A DNA stretch of 64,000 bases. Origin: Candidatus Beckwithbacteria bacterium GW2011_GWC1_49_16. Lineage in GTDB: Bacteria; Patescibacteriota; Microgenomatia; UBA1400; CG1-02-47-37. The position numbers were made by a program, and so were the translations under genes. The notes beneath the pieces were generated by a model that was given only the letters and a program-made list of their open reading frames with translations, did no database searches and was not told the origin of the DNA. Location of the stretch: assembly GCA_001029675.1 (NCBI GenBank), contig CP011210.1:517663-581662 (forward strand), given 5' to 3'. This document shows, one piece after another, positions 38,372 through 46,765 of the stretch (position 1 is its first letter; each line of letters opens with the position of its first letter).

Positions 38372-40126
38372 TCAGGGATTAGGGACGACGTTGAAGTGGT
38401 TAAGAAGATCCCGAGCAATCGAAAACCAGAGGGGCGCGGCGGTTTCCGAGGCCCAGGGGGAGGTAGAGGGTTCTTTTAAGGTCACCAGCATGGCAAACTT
38501 GGGGTCATTTGCCGGGGCAAAGCCGATAAAAGAGGCGTTGGTTGTTTCCTCCTGGTACTGGCCGCCGACGGCGATTTGAGCGGTACCGGTTTTGCCGGCT
38601 ATTTCGTAGCCTTGGGCGGCGGTCCACTTGGCCTCGCCCTCTTTGACGGCGGCGACCATCATCGCGGTCACTTTTTCGGCAGTCTCAGGCGAAACTACCC
38701 GAACTTTAGACTGGGGAGAAATTTCAATTTCCCTGGTGTCGCTGACAATGATGTCGACCACTTGGGGGGTGACCAGTTCGCCGCCGTTGGCAATTGAAGA
38801 CACGGCAGCGAGTAACTGCATCCCGGTGGCTAAAAACCCTTGGCCGAAGCTGGCGGTGGCCAGATCGACGTAGGTCCAGCGGTTATCTGCTTTCGGCTCT
38901 GGGGTGACTTCATCCTGAAGGTCGATGCCGGTTTTCTGTGTAAAGCCGAATTTCTTAAAGTAGTCCAAAAATTTATCCAACCCCAGTTTTTGGCCGACAA
39001 AAACCATGCCGACGTTATCGGAATGGACGATGATGTCGGTTACGGTCGAGTCGGGGAAGTACTCGTCGTTCCAGGTATTGATGGTGTATTTATCGATTTT
39101 TACCGGGCCGGAACAAATGTCACATCGCGTATCCGGCTCGACCGCCTCTTCTTCCAGAGCGGCGGCCATGACAAAGATTTTAAAAATCGAACCGGGTTCG
39201 AAAGCTTGCGATGTCACCGGGTTTAAAAAAAGTCGTCGATCATAGCGATAATACTCCATGGGATCGTAGGCGGGAAACGAGGCCATGGCTAAAACAGCGC
39301 CGGTTTTGGGATCGATGACCGTCACCGACCCGGCTTTGGCGCCGTAGCGTTCGACTCCGGCTTCAAGCTTTTTTTCTACCAAGTACTCTAAGCCCCGATC
39401 AAGATGGAGCTTTAATTTCCGGCCGTCGATGGTAGCTTGCTCACTAAAACTGCCGATGACAATCGGTTGGCCAAAGGCGTCTTTTTCCTGACGGATGATT
39501 CCGGGGCGGCCGGATAATTCCTGCTGGTAATAACCCTCCAGTCCGTGGTAGCCGGTGTCTCTGCCTTGGTCGTCTAAGCCGACAAAACCGGCCAAGTGGG
39601 CGGCCATGGAGGCTTCGGGGTAAAAGCGGCTTTGGTCGGCTTCAAAAAAAAGCGATTCGAGACTTAAAGCTTCAAGCTTGTCTTTTTGTTCAACCGTGAG
39701 TTTGCGGGCCAGCGGAATCCAAACCAGGTTTTCGTCTTTCAGCCTTTCGGTTAAAGTCGCTTCGGCCTTGTCTATGAACGAGTCTCTGGCTGCGGCTGAC
39801 AGCTGGGCTGAAGGGGTGGTTGATTGGGTCAGGTTGAGGTAGACGATGGGTGCCAGCTTCTCTGCCAGGCCTTCTGGCAGGGGTCCGCTTTGGCGAGACA
39901 AGTAGGCCAAATAGGCCGGCTGGTTGGCTACCAGGAAACTGCCGTCGGAGGTTAAAATCTCTCCCCTTCTGGCAGGGACTTCCAGGGTGGTTTGCTGCTG
40001 GGTTAAAGCCAGATCGGTCAACTGACCTGAAGCCAACACCTGCCAATAGAAAAGCCGGGCTAAAAGCAAAAAAGCCACCAACGAAAAAGCCAGGCTCAAA
40101 AGTTTTAAGCGCCAAACAAAATTCAT
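38372..40126 (-). CDS. ftsI: Class B penicillin-binding protein FtsI
   Basis: RRGEI, R.YP, GLEGYY, FEPGSIFK (SxxK), SDN, KTGT. Confidence 0.92.
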   Translation of the reverse strand: MNFVWRLKLLSLAFSLVAFLLLARLFYWQVLASGQLTDLALTQQQTTLEVPARRGEILTSDGSFLVANQPAYLAYLSRQSGPLPEGLAEKLAPIVYLNLTQSTTPSAQLSAAARDSFIDKAEATLTERLKDENLVWIPLARKLTVEQKDKLEALSLESLFFEADQSRFYPEASMAAHLAGFVGLDDQGRDTGYHGLEGYYQQELSGRPGIIRQEKDAFGQPIVIGSFSEQATIDGRKLKLHLDRGLEYLVEKKLEAGVERYGAKAGSVTVIDPKTGAVLAMASFPAYDPMEYYRYDRRLFLNPVTSQAFEPGSIFKIFVMAAALEEEAVEPDTRCDICSGPVKIDKYTINTWNDEYFPDSTVTDIIVHSDNVGMVFVGQKLGLDKFLDYFKKFGFTQKTGIDLQDEVTPEPKADNRWTYVDLATASFGQGFLATGMQLLAAVSSIANGGELVTPQVVDIIVSDTREIEISPQSKVRVVSPETAEKVTAMMVAAVKEGEAKWTAAQGYEIAGKTGTAQIAVGGQYQEETTNASFIGFAPANDPKFAMLVTLKEPSTSPWASETAAPLWFSIARDLLNHFNVVPNP

Positions 40127-40449
40127 GGCTGGCTCTGGGCAACCACGCTTACCGGAGCAAAGTATTTGACTTCCGGGTTTTGAACAAAACCCTTATTTTC
40201 GGCATCCCGGGTCAACTGGTTAAGGCCGCCGGTTTTTTCTGCCAATTGGGACTTTAACTTCAAGTTTTCCGCCCGAGTCAGCCCGGTCTGGTATTCTATT
40301 TCTTCAAGTTTGTTGCCCCAGGTCGCGGTACGGTTGGCGGAAACCATCCGGGCCACGGTTAGAACCAGGAGCAGACTGAAACACACCATAATCAAGGTGC
40401 GGCATTTTTTGTCTATAAGTTGGTAGAGTTTTTTTTGTTCTTGAGTCAT
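40123..40449 (-). CDS. FtsL-like protein
   Basis: TM plus coiled coil ending A...GF; lies between rsmH and ftsI. Confidence 0.65.
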   Translation of the reverse strand: MTQEQKKLYQLIDKKCRTLIMVCFSLLLVLTVARMVSANRTATWGNKLEEIEYQTGLTRAENLKLKSQLAEKTGGLNQLTRDAENKGFVQNPEVKYFAPVSVVAQSQP

Positions 40450-41324
40450 AATTTCTCCCCCGCTCTTAACTTGGCTGACCGGGCCCGCGGGTTGGCGTTG
40501 ATTTCTTCAGGGTCGGGCCTGACTGGTTTTTTGGTAATGATTTTAAGGTCGCTTCTCCCTTTGAAAAAATTTTTGACAAGGCGGTCTTCGAGCGAGTGGA
40601 AGGAAATAACCACTAGTCTTCCTCCTGGCGCCAGTAAATCGACGGCTTGGGGCAAAGCGGTTTTTAGGCTGTTTAGTTCGTCGTTGACGGCAATGCGCAA
40701 AGCCTGGAACGTCTTGGTAGCGGGGTGGATTCGCCCCTGGCCGCGTTTGACGCGGCTGACCAAATCGACCAACTGGCCGGTGGTGGCAAGCTTTTGGCTC
40801 TTACGCCAGTCGACGATGACACCGGAGAGCTTCTTGGAAAAGCCTAGCGGTTCTTGCCCTAGTTTGTTAAAGAGCTTGGTTAGTTCCTTAAAAGTTAGAA
40901 CGTTTAGTAAATCGGCGGCGGTGACCGCGAGTGTCGGGTCGGCGCGCATGTCAAGCGGGCTTTGGCTCAAAAAAGAAAAACCACGAGACTCATCCGCCAG
41001 TTGCTCGCTTGACAGCCCCAGGTCCATCAAAATTCCGGCGGCGGACCTTAGTCCCCAGAAGGCGGCAAAGGCGGAAACTTTAGCAAAGTTGCCGACTTCT
41101 AAGTAGAAAAAAGCACCTGGGCAGGCTTTTTCAAGGCGCTTTTTTGCCCTTAAAACCGCTGCCGGGTCGACGTCCAGCCCGTAAACTTTGCCTCCTTTTT
41201 TAAGAATCTTTCTGGTGTGGCCGCCGGAACCGACGGTCAGGTCCAGATAAATCTTGCCGGGCCTGATTTTTAAGGCTTCTATACTCTCATGTAAAAGAAC
41301 GGGTTGGTGGAACTGGCCGGTCAT
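40446..41324 (-). CDS. rsmH: 16S rRNA m4C1402 methyltransferase
   Basis: HQPVLL.E, DLGLSS.Q, PLDMR, FQALRIAVN.EL, SFHSLEDR, NPRARSAKLR. Confidence 0.97.
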   Translation of the reverse strand: MTGQFHQPVLLHESIEALKIRPGKIYLDLTVGSGGHTRKILKKGGKVYGLDVDPAAVLRAKKRLEKACPGAFFYLEVGNFAKVSAFAAFWGLRSAAGILMDLGLSSEQLADESRGFSFLSQSPLDMRADPTLAVTAADLLNVLTFKELTKLFNKLGQEPLGFSKKLSGVIVDWRKSQKLATTGQLVDLVSRVKRGQGRIHPATKTFQALRIAVNDELNSLKTALPQAVDLLAPGGRLVVISFHSLEDRLVKNFFKGRSDLKIITKKPVRPDPEEINANPRARSAKLRAGEKL

Positions 41325-41749
41325 GTCAATTCCGGCAGGTTCTCGCTCAACTGGTCAATGTTTTGGTCTAAGTATTTTTCGTAAAGCCGCCAGCGACTCT
41401 CACTCCAGAGCTCGACCCGGTTGCCGATGCCGATAAAGACGGCTTCTTCCCCGATCCCGGCGTAATCTCGCAAATACCGGGGGATGATAAATCTCCCTTG
41501 GTCATCAAGCTCTATTTCAAAGGCGCTTCCCAATAAAAAGCGGTCGGTGGCCCGGGCGGTTTTGGCGGTTAAAGGGCGGTTGACTATTTGGCCCAGGACC
41601 TTTTGGTATGAGTCCGGGGTAACGATCATCAGGGATTTCTCGTAGTTGGCGGTAATGATCAGCTTCCCGCCTAATTTCTTTTTAAACTTTGCCGGCAGGG
41701 CCACCCTGCCCTTAGCCGAGACCTTGGTTTGATAGTGCCCTATAAGCAT
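41321..41749 (-). CDS. mraZ: Transcriptional regulator MraZ
   Basis: KGRVALP and DDQGRFIIP repeats, ELW. ATG 41749 preferred, since the GTG at 41761 lies in a binding repeat. Confidence 0.93.
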   Translation of the reverse strand: MLIGHYQTKVSAKGRVALPAKFKKKLGGKLIITANYEKSLMIVTPDSYQKVLGQIVNRPLTAKTARATDRFLLGSAFEIELDDQGRFIIPRYLRDYAGIGEEAVFIGIGNRVELWSESRWRLYEKYLDQNIDQLSENLPELT

Positions 41750-41757
41750 AGTTTCCG

Positions 41758-41783
41758 CCACTTTTCACCACTTCTTTCCACTT
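41758..41783 (-). promoter_or_regulatory. MraZ binding repeats, 3 x AAGTGG at 10-nt period
   Basis: AAGTGG-AAAG-AAGTGG-TGAA-AAGTGG immediately upstream of mraZ, resembling described GTGG-type MraZ boxes. TTGACA at 41813-41818. Confidence 0.8.
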
Positions 41784-41895
41784 TGATACATTTTCAACTC
41801 ATTTTCACGAGCTGTCAACCCCAAGTTTTCACGAAGGAAGAGGCGATCACTCCACTTCTTCCCAAAAAGCAGAAAAACCGATAAAATGTCTTAAT

Positions 41896-42354
41896 ATGGT
41901 TTCTTCTTTTGTTCCCAAAGACTTTAAAGTTCCAGATGTTTTAGAAACCGACAAGTTTAGGTTGAGAATGCTTAGAATAACCGATGTGGTTAAAGATTAC
42001 GATGCGGTGATGACCAGCGTTGATCATCTTCAGGGCGTGTTCGGGGAAAGATCTAAATGGCCGCCTAAGGATTTAACTTTTGAGCAGGACCTTATCGACT
42101 TAGGCTGGCATCAAAAGGAATTTCAAACGAGATCATCCTTTGCCTACACGGTGATGAGTCCCGACGAAAGCCAATGCTTAGGCTGCGTTTATATTTTCCC
42201 TTCAAGCCGACAAGAATTTGACGCTGATGTCTATATGTGGGTCAGAAAAAGCGAGTTTGATAAGGGGTTAGATCCAATTCTTTTTAAAACTGTTAAAGAC
42301 TGGATTGAAAGTAAGTGGCCGTTTAAGAAAGTGAGTTATCCGGGGCGAGAGTAA
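41896..42354 (+). CDS. GNAT-family N-acetyltransferase-like protein
   Basis: F.LR.L...D...DY.AV, FAYTV, LGCVYI.P, W....WPF. Confidence 0.75.
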   Translation: MVSSFVPKDFKVPDVLETDKFRLRMLRITDVVKDYDAVMTSVDHLQGVFGERSKWPPKDLTFEQDLIDLGWHQKEFQTRSSFAYTVMSPDESQCLGCVYIFPSSRQEFDADVYMWVRKSEFDKGLDPILFKTVKDWIESKWPFKKVSYPGRE

Positions 42355-42446
42355 CTTTCAATCAACCTCAGCAAAAAGGGGAATTTTTGGTACTGGGGGC
42401 CGTCGGTAGAAATAGAAAAATGCTTGGCGCCGGGGATAACTTTCAT
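42336..42446 (-). pseudogene. 3'-end remnant of an RBBP9/YdeN hydrolase gene (36-aa open frame)
   Basis: MKVIPGAKHFSISTDGPQYQKFPFLL...; 42370-42446 matches 44784-44860 at 69/77 nt. Confidence 0.8.
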
Positions 42447-43147
42447 GTCTCCGCCAAGATCAGAGCCAAAGCTTTTCTTGCCAGTAAACGGGTTGTGTCA
42501 ATTACCGGAAGAGTCGATAAATTCTCGGGAATAACAATTCCCAGCTCAGTGCAGGCTAGAATCACTGCTTCCGCTCCTGCCTTCTTGAGTTTTTTTATCA
42601 AATCTTTGATGAATTTGAACGATTTAGGAGTTGGTTTGCCTCTGACCAACTCGCCATAAATAACTCTGTTCAATCTTTTCTGATCTGAACTGCTGGGTAA
42701 AATAATTTTAACACCCACTAGCTTTAGCGGCTTTTCGTATAATCCCCCGCTCATGGTTAAACCTACTCCTAAAACAGCCGTTTTTTTATAGTCTTTTTTT
42801 CTACACTCGGTTACGGCCAAATCCACAATGCTTAAAACCCTTATCGATGATAATCTTTTGATCTTTTCAAAAGCGTAATGAACAGAATTGGCCGGAATCA
42901 CGGCAATTTGAGCTCCGTTTGCCGCCAATTTCTTGATTGAACCTGACAGCAATTTAGCGAGACCATTCCAATCACCATTATTTTGAAGTTTTAAAATATC
43001 GGCAAAATTAGGATTATTCAAAGATATTTCCGGGTGTTGATTAGGTCCTAAAATTTTGTCGCTTTCAGCCACAATCGTCCGGTAACATAAACTGGCTCCT
43101 TCAGCCGTCACCCCAACTATGCCAATATGCTTTGACCGCTTAACCAT
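42443..43147 (-). CDS. Asp/Glu racemase-family protein
   Basis: IGIVG, GA...VIPANSVH, GAEAVILACTEL, ID.T. Confidence 0.88.
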   Translation of the reverse strand: MVKRSKHIGIVGVTAEGASLCYRTIVAESDKILGPNQHPEISLNNPNFADILKLQNNGDWNGLAKLLSGSIKKLAANGAQIAVIPANSVHYAFEKIKRLSSIRVLSIVDLAVTECRKKDYKKTAVLGVGLTMSGGLYEKPLKLVGVKIILPSSSDQKRLNRVIYGELVRGKPTPKSFKFIKDLIKKLKKAGAEAVILACTELGIVIPENLSTLPVIDTTRLLARKALALILAET

Positions 43148-44132
43148 TCATCCCCACTGCTTCGAGCGCCCGGTAAAGATTATTTTCAATTTCAATATAG
43201 CCTGAGTTTAATCTTTGAGTAGCTAAACGATTGCCGCGCTCACCGGGGAAGTTGATTTCTTTAACTCTTTTAAGTTTCTTGGCCTTTTTCACCCTGTTTG
43301 CCAATTTCGACATATTTAACTTAAATAATTTCCTGTCACCTAAAAGATCCGGATCAATCGCCATTGCCAAATTCCCCCAGTTGTTGGCGTGGTTGGCAAA
43401 ATCAATAAAACCGGCACCGACAAAAGGTCCGCATAAAGCTTCAACCACCAAAGCCAAACCGGCGCTTTTGTAGCTTCTGTCAAAAGGCAAAATCGCTCCG
43501 TCTATCGCCTTTCCCGGATCGGTGGTTAATTTGCCTTTAGAGTCGTAAGCCACGTCTCCGGGGATCTTTTTGCCGGCTGTTTTTGCCTGCACCAGGCCAA
43601 AATATGCCATGGCGGCCGTGGCCATGTCCAGCACGATTGGTTGTCCGGTGGAAGGAATGCCGATTGCCAAAGGGTTGGTACCAAACAAAGGCTCATAAGA
43701 TCCGTGGGTGGTTACGATCGGCGGTGAACCGGCAAAAACTAAACCAATCATTCCTTTTTTTGCAATTTTGTTGGCGTAGTAGCCGATTGCTCCGGTCGAA
43801 CTGGCGGTGTTAAAAGTGCCGACAATTCCAAAGCCGTGCTGTTTAGCCTTTTGTAAAGCCAAATCAACTGCTTTACTCACCACCACCATACCCATATTTT
43901 GTTTGCCGTCGATTCTGGCCGAAAGTTTGGTTTGTTTGACCACTTTAATCTTTCCTGCTTTAGAATTTTTAGGAATGCCTTTGCCAATCAGTTTAACAAT
44001 CCCCTGGTTATTTCCCCGCAGCTGGGCATACATCAAAATCTCAAAAATTAGCTTCGTTTCCGATTCGCTATAGCCATAGTGACGAAGTGCCTTTTTGACT
44101 AATTGGTTTAACTTCGAGATTTTAACTTTCAT
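43140..44132 (-). CDS. Ldh_2-family (AllD/ComC/DpkA-like) oxidoreductase
   Basis: FGTNPLAIGIP, LDMATA, G..TTDP, LPF..YK..GL, PGE. Confidence 0.85.
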   Translation of the reverse strand: MKVKISKLNQLVKKALRHYGYSESETKLIFEILMYAQLRGNNQGIVKLIGKGIPKNSKAGKIKVVKQTKLSARIDGKQNMGMVVVSKAVDLALQKAKQHGFGIVGTFNTASSTGAIGYYANKIAKKGMIGLVFAGSPPIVTTHGSYEPLFGTNPLAIGIPSTGQPIVLDMATAAMAYFGLVQAKTAGKKIPGDVAYDSKGKLTTDPGKAIDGAILPFDRSYKSAGLALVVEALCGPFVGAGFIDFANHANNWGNLAMAIDPDLLGDRKLFKLNMSKLANRVKKAKKLKRVKEINFPGERGNRLATQRLNSGYIEIENNLYRALEAVGMNG

Positions 44133-44183
44133 TTTTTAGTTATCAAATTGTAGCAGAAACGGGAATTTTTGTACTGGGGGATG

Positions 44184-44747
44184 TTACAAATCTAGCTTGT
44201 TTTTGATGACGGCGACAATTTCGGGGAATTTCTTTTTCTTCTTGTCGGCGCCAAAATGACCCTTATCAAGATACTGATGATATTCCGAATTAAGCTTTTG
44301 GTGAATAAAAAGAGGTTCCTTGATGGGAAAATAAGGATCGTCAATCGAGGCAAACTGAACGATCCATTTTTGGTTTTTTCTGATTTTATCCCACTGCCAG
44401 GGTCGGTCAAAGTAACCGCTGGCTTTTTCTTCCTTATCTCCCAGGTCTGTGTAGTAGGAAGCAACTAATATAGAGCCTAGTAGTTGATTTTTCTCGGTAA
44501 AGCGCATGGCGGCGATGGCACCGGAAGAATGGCCGATAAGAATGGTGTTTTTGTCGGCCTTAAGCTCTTCTCTTAAGAAAGGCAACCAATATTTTTCTCG
44601 AGCCAAAACGGGGTCTGGAAAGTCTGGAGTCAAAACTTTAAGTTTTAGTTTTTTAAGTTCTCGGTGAACGTAAGGATGCCAATTGTCTTTGCCGCTACCG
44701 CCGCCGTTGCCGTGGATTTGAATAATTTTAACTTTATTAACCTTCAT
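44184..44747 (-). CDS. RBBP9/YdeN alpha/beta hydrolase
   Basis: IHGNGG..NW, GHSSGA, S.DDP, GHF. Confidence 0.88.
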   Translation of the reverse strand: MKVNKVKIIQIHGNGGGSGKDNWHPYVHRELKKLKLKVLTPDFPDPVLAREKYWLPFLREELKADKNTILIGHSSGAIAAMRFTEKNQLLGSILVASYYTDLGDKEEKASGYFDRPWQWDKIRKNQKWIVQFASIDDPYFPIKEPLFIHQKLNSEYHQYLDKGHFGADKKKKKFPEIVAVIKNKLDL

Positions 44748-45322
44748 ATTACTTCCTGTTGTTTTTTCTTTTCTAGCAATTCTAGCAAAAAAGGGAATTT
44801 TTGGTAGTTCGGGCCGTCGGTAGAAATAGAAAAGTGTTTGGCCCCGGGGACAACTTTCATTTCTCCTTCAAGATCAGCGGCCAAAGCTTTGGTTTCAGCT
44901 AACGGACAATAAGGATCTTCATCTCCGTGGATAAAGATTAGTTTTTTGGCCTTGTTTTTGATTTTGGCATAGTCTAAAGGCGGGTCAAAAAGGTCGACTA
45001 ATGACTCCCAGCCCAAATCGTGGGTAAAGGCGCTAACCAGATAGCAGTTGCCCACTTTTGTTCCAACCGGCAAAGCTTGAAGCAGTCCCAAGGCAGCCAC
45101 TGCCCCTGAAGAATGGCCGATGATGGTGGTATCCTCATTAAACTTAAAGTCTTTGTTTGCCAATAAAAACTGGTTGTAGCGGGCAATGTTGGGTTTGTCG
45201 GCTCCGGGGAGTTGGGGGAGCCAAATCTGGTAACCTTTTGCTTCTAGTTTTTCTTTGAGCCAGGGAAACCAGTTGTCGTTGGTGGTGGCGTTGGTGCCGT
45301 GGAGGATGAGAGCGGATTTCAT
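44744..45322 (-). CDS. RBBP9/YdeN alpha/beta hydrolase
   Basis: LHG....NWFPWL, GHSSGA, HGDEDP, KHF. Confidence 0.88.
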   Translation of the reverse strand: MKSALILHGTNATTNDNWFPWLKEKLEAKGYQIWLPQLPGADKPNIARYNQFLLANKDFKFNEDTTIIGHSSGAVAALGLLQALPVGTKVGNCYLVSAFTHDLGWESLVDLFDPPLDYAKIKNKAKKLIFIHGDEDPYCPLAETKALAADLEGEMKVVPGAKHFSISTDGPNYQKFPFLLELLEKKKQQEVI

Positions 45323-45606
45323 TAGACAAACTTTATCTCTAGCTTTTTACCTAGAGCAGAAGCGAGTTTTTGGAGCAGGCCGACCGAGGGGTTAACCGCC
45401 ATGCTTTCCACCCGGGAAATGACCGCCTGGGTGGTATCGGCTTTTTTAGCCAATTGCCTTTGTGACAGCTTCTTTTCCAGGCGAGCCTTGATTAAAGCCC
45501 TGGTGGCTTGATATTGAGGCTCACTCTCTTCCCAGAGCCTTCTAAACTCAGGGTCTTTGAGCTGTTTCTTTAAAAGCTCGTCTAAAGTAATGTTTTTTAC
45601 CTTCAT
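45322..45606 (-). CDS. XRE-HTH antitoxin (HigA-like)
   Basis: LKDPEF, LSQRQLA...TQ..ISR.E...NPS...L.KLA.ALG. Confidence 0.88.
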   Translation of the reverse strand: MKVKNITLDELLKKQLKDPEFRRLWEESEPQYQATRALIKARLEKKLSQRQLAKKADTTQAVISRVESMAVNPSVGLLQKLASALGKKLEIKFV

Positions 45607-45617
45607 AAATCAACGTT

Positions 45618-45646
45618 ATGATATCTTTTTAGATATCATTTGTCAA
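45618..45646 (-). promoter_or_regulatory. Antitoxin promoter with overlapping operator palindrome
   Basis: TTGACA (45641-46), 17 nt, TATCAT (45618-23); inverted repeat ATGATATCT-N4-AGATATCAT at 45618-45639. Confidence 0.75.
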
Positions 45647-45971
45647 GCAGCTGATAATATCTTTTCAAAGCCAAATTAATATCTTTTATCGGTGTTTTGC
45701 GTTTCTTTTTATAAAAAATGTTGAATATCATGATGGTAGATTTGTTTATCTGGGCACAAAGCAATCTAATGTTGTCTTTTCCTAAAATGCGTAACTCCCA
45801 AAAAACAGCGCCGGTTAACTTTTTAAGGCTGGGGTTGGCACGAGTCAAACCAAATTCTTGAAGGTAATAAAGCTGCCTAATTATCTTTGATCTTTGGCCC
45901 TTAGGGCACTTTTCGATAAAATCGTCAATTGGAGATTTTCGCTCTGCCGAAGTAAAAACTTCAACCCTCAT
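45636..45971 (-). CDS. RelE/HigB (Gp49-like) toxin
   Basis: SPI.DFI, KKL...WELR....IR, F.KK..KTP..I..A..R; lies upstream of the HTH gene. Confidence 0.85.
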   Translation of the reverse strand: MRVEVFTSAERKSPIDDFIEKCPKGQRSKIIRQLYYLQEFGLTRANPSLKKLTGAVFWELRILGKDNIRLLCAQINKSTIMIFNIFYKKKRKTPIKDINLALKRYYQLLDK

Positions 45972-46765
45972 TTCACCACTATAAAAGTGCCCAGGGCAGT
46001 GGCGGGGGCGGAGATGGTTCCCTCCCCGATGGTGGCGTCAAGCTCGACCCAGGAAGAACCGTTCCAGAACATGATCCGAGCGCCGGTAAGATCCTCTTTG
46101 GATTTTATGGCCAGCTCGGCGGCAGACAACTTTTGAGCGGTGGGGGCCAGGAAAGCATAGGGGCCGGCGACGACTTCGCCCTCGACCTCGGCCGGCAAGC
46201 CCATGGTGCCGGCGACGATGACGTAAGTAGTCAGGGGCAAACCGGAACGGCCGACGTTAAGAGTCGCTTTGGCGTCTTTACTGGTGAACTCGCCTTCGCG
46301 GTCGCCGGCAAGCTGAAGGTTAAAGTCGGACTTTAAAACGTAGGCCTCGCCTGCCCCTTCAAAGCGCATGGTTAAGGAACCGCCGGAAACGCCTTCGTCG
46401 TAGCGGCATTTACCTTTAGAACAAGAACCAAAAAGCAAGTCTTTGGCGACCGGCTGGGATTCCTTAGTCAAGTCAATGGTGCCAAAAACACCCTGGATTA
46501 ACGACTCGGCCTGGTATTCGAGTTCGTACTCAATCGTGGTGGCGTTTTTGACTTTATCGACGGTCAAGGTCACTTCCCGGCCGTCGGCTCTTGGGGTTAA
46601 GGTGACGAAGGGGCGGTCTTTGACGGGGAGCTTGTTAATCTCTTCAATTTTTCTTTGGGGGATTTGGTCTTGACCAGTGTCTTTGGGCTTTCGGGTAAAA
46701 AAGAAAATGCCGAAGGCTGCTAAGACTAAAATCAAGGGGATGATGATTTTTAGCTTCTGGTTCAT
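45968..46765 (-). CDS. Membrane-anchored hypothetical protein
   Basis: N-terminal TM, GSCSKGKCRYD motif, host-like codon style. Confidence 0.8.
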   Translation of the reverse strand: MNQKLKIIIPLILVLAAFGIFFFTRKPKDTGQDQIPQRKIEEINKLPVKDRPFVTLTPRADGREVTLTVDKVKNATTIEYELEYQAESLIQGVFGTIDLTKESQPVAKDLLFGSCSKGKCRYDEGVSGGSLTMRFEGAGEAYVLKSDFNLQLAGDREGEFTSKDAKATLNVGRSGLPLTTYVIVAGTMGLPAEVEGEVVAGPYAFLAPTAQKLSAAELAIKSKEDLTGARIMFWNGSSWVELDATIGEGTISAPATALGTFIVVK

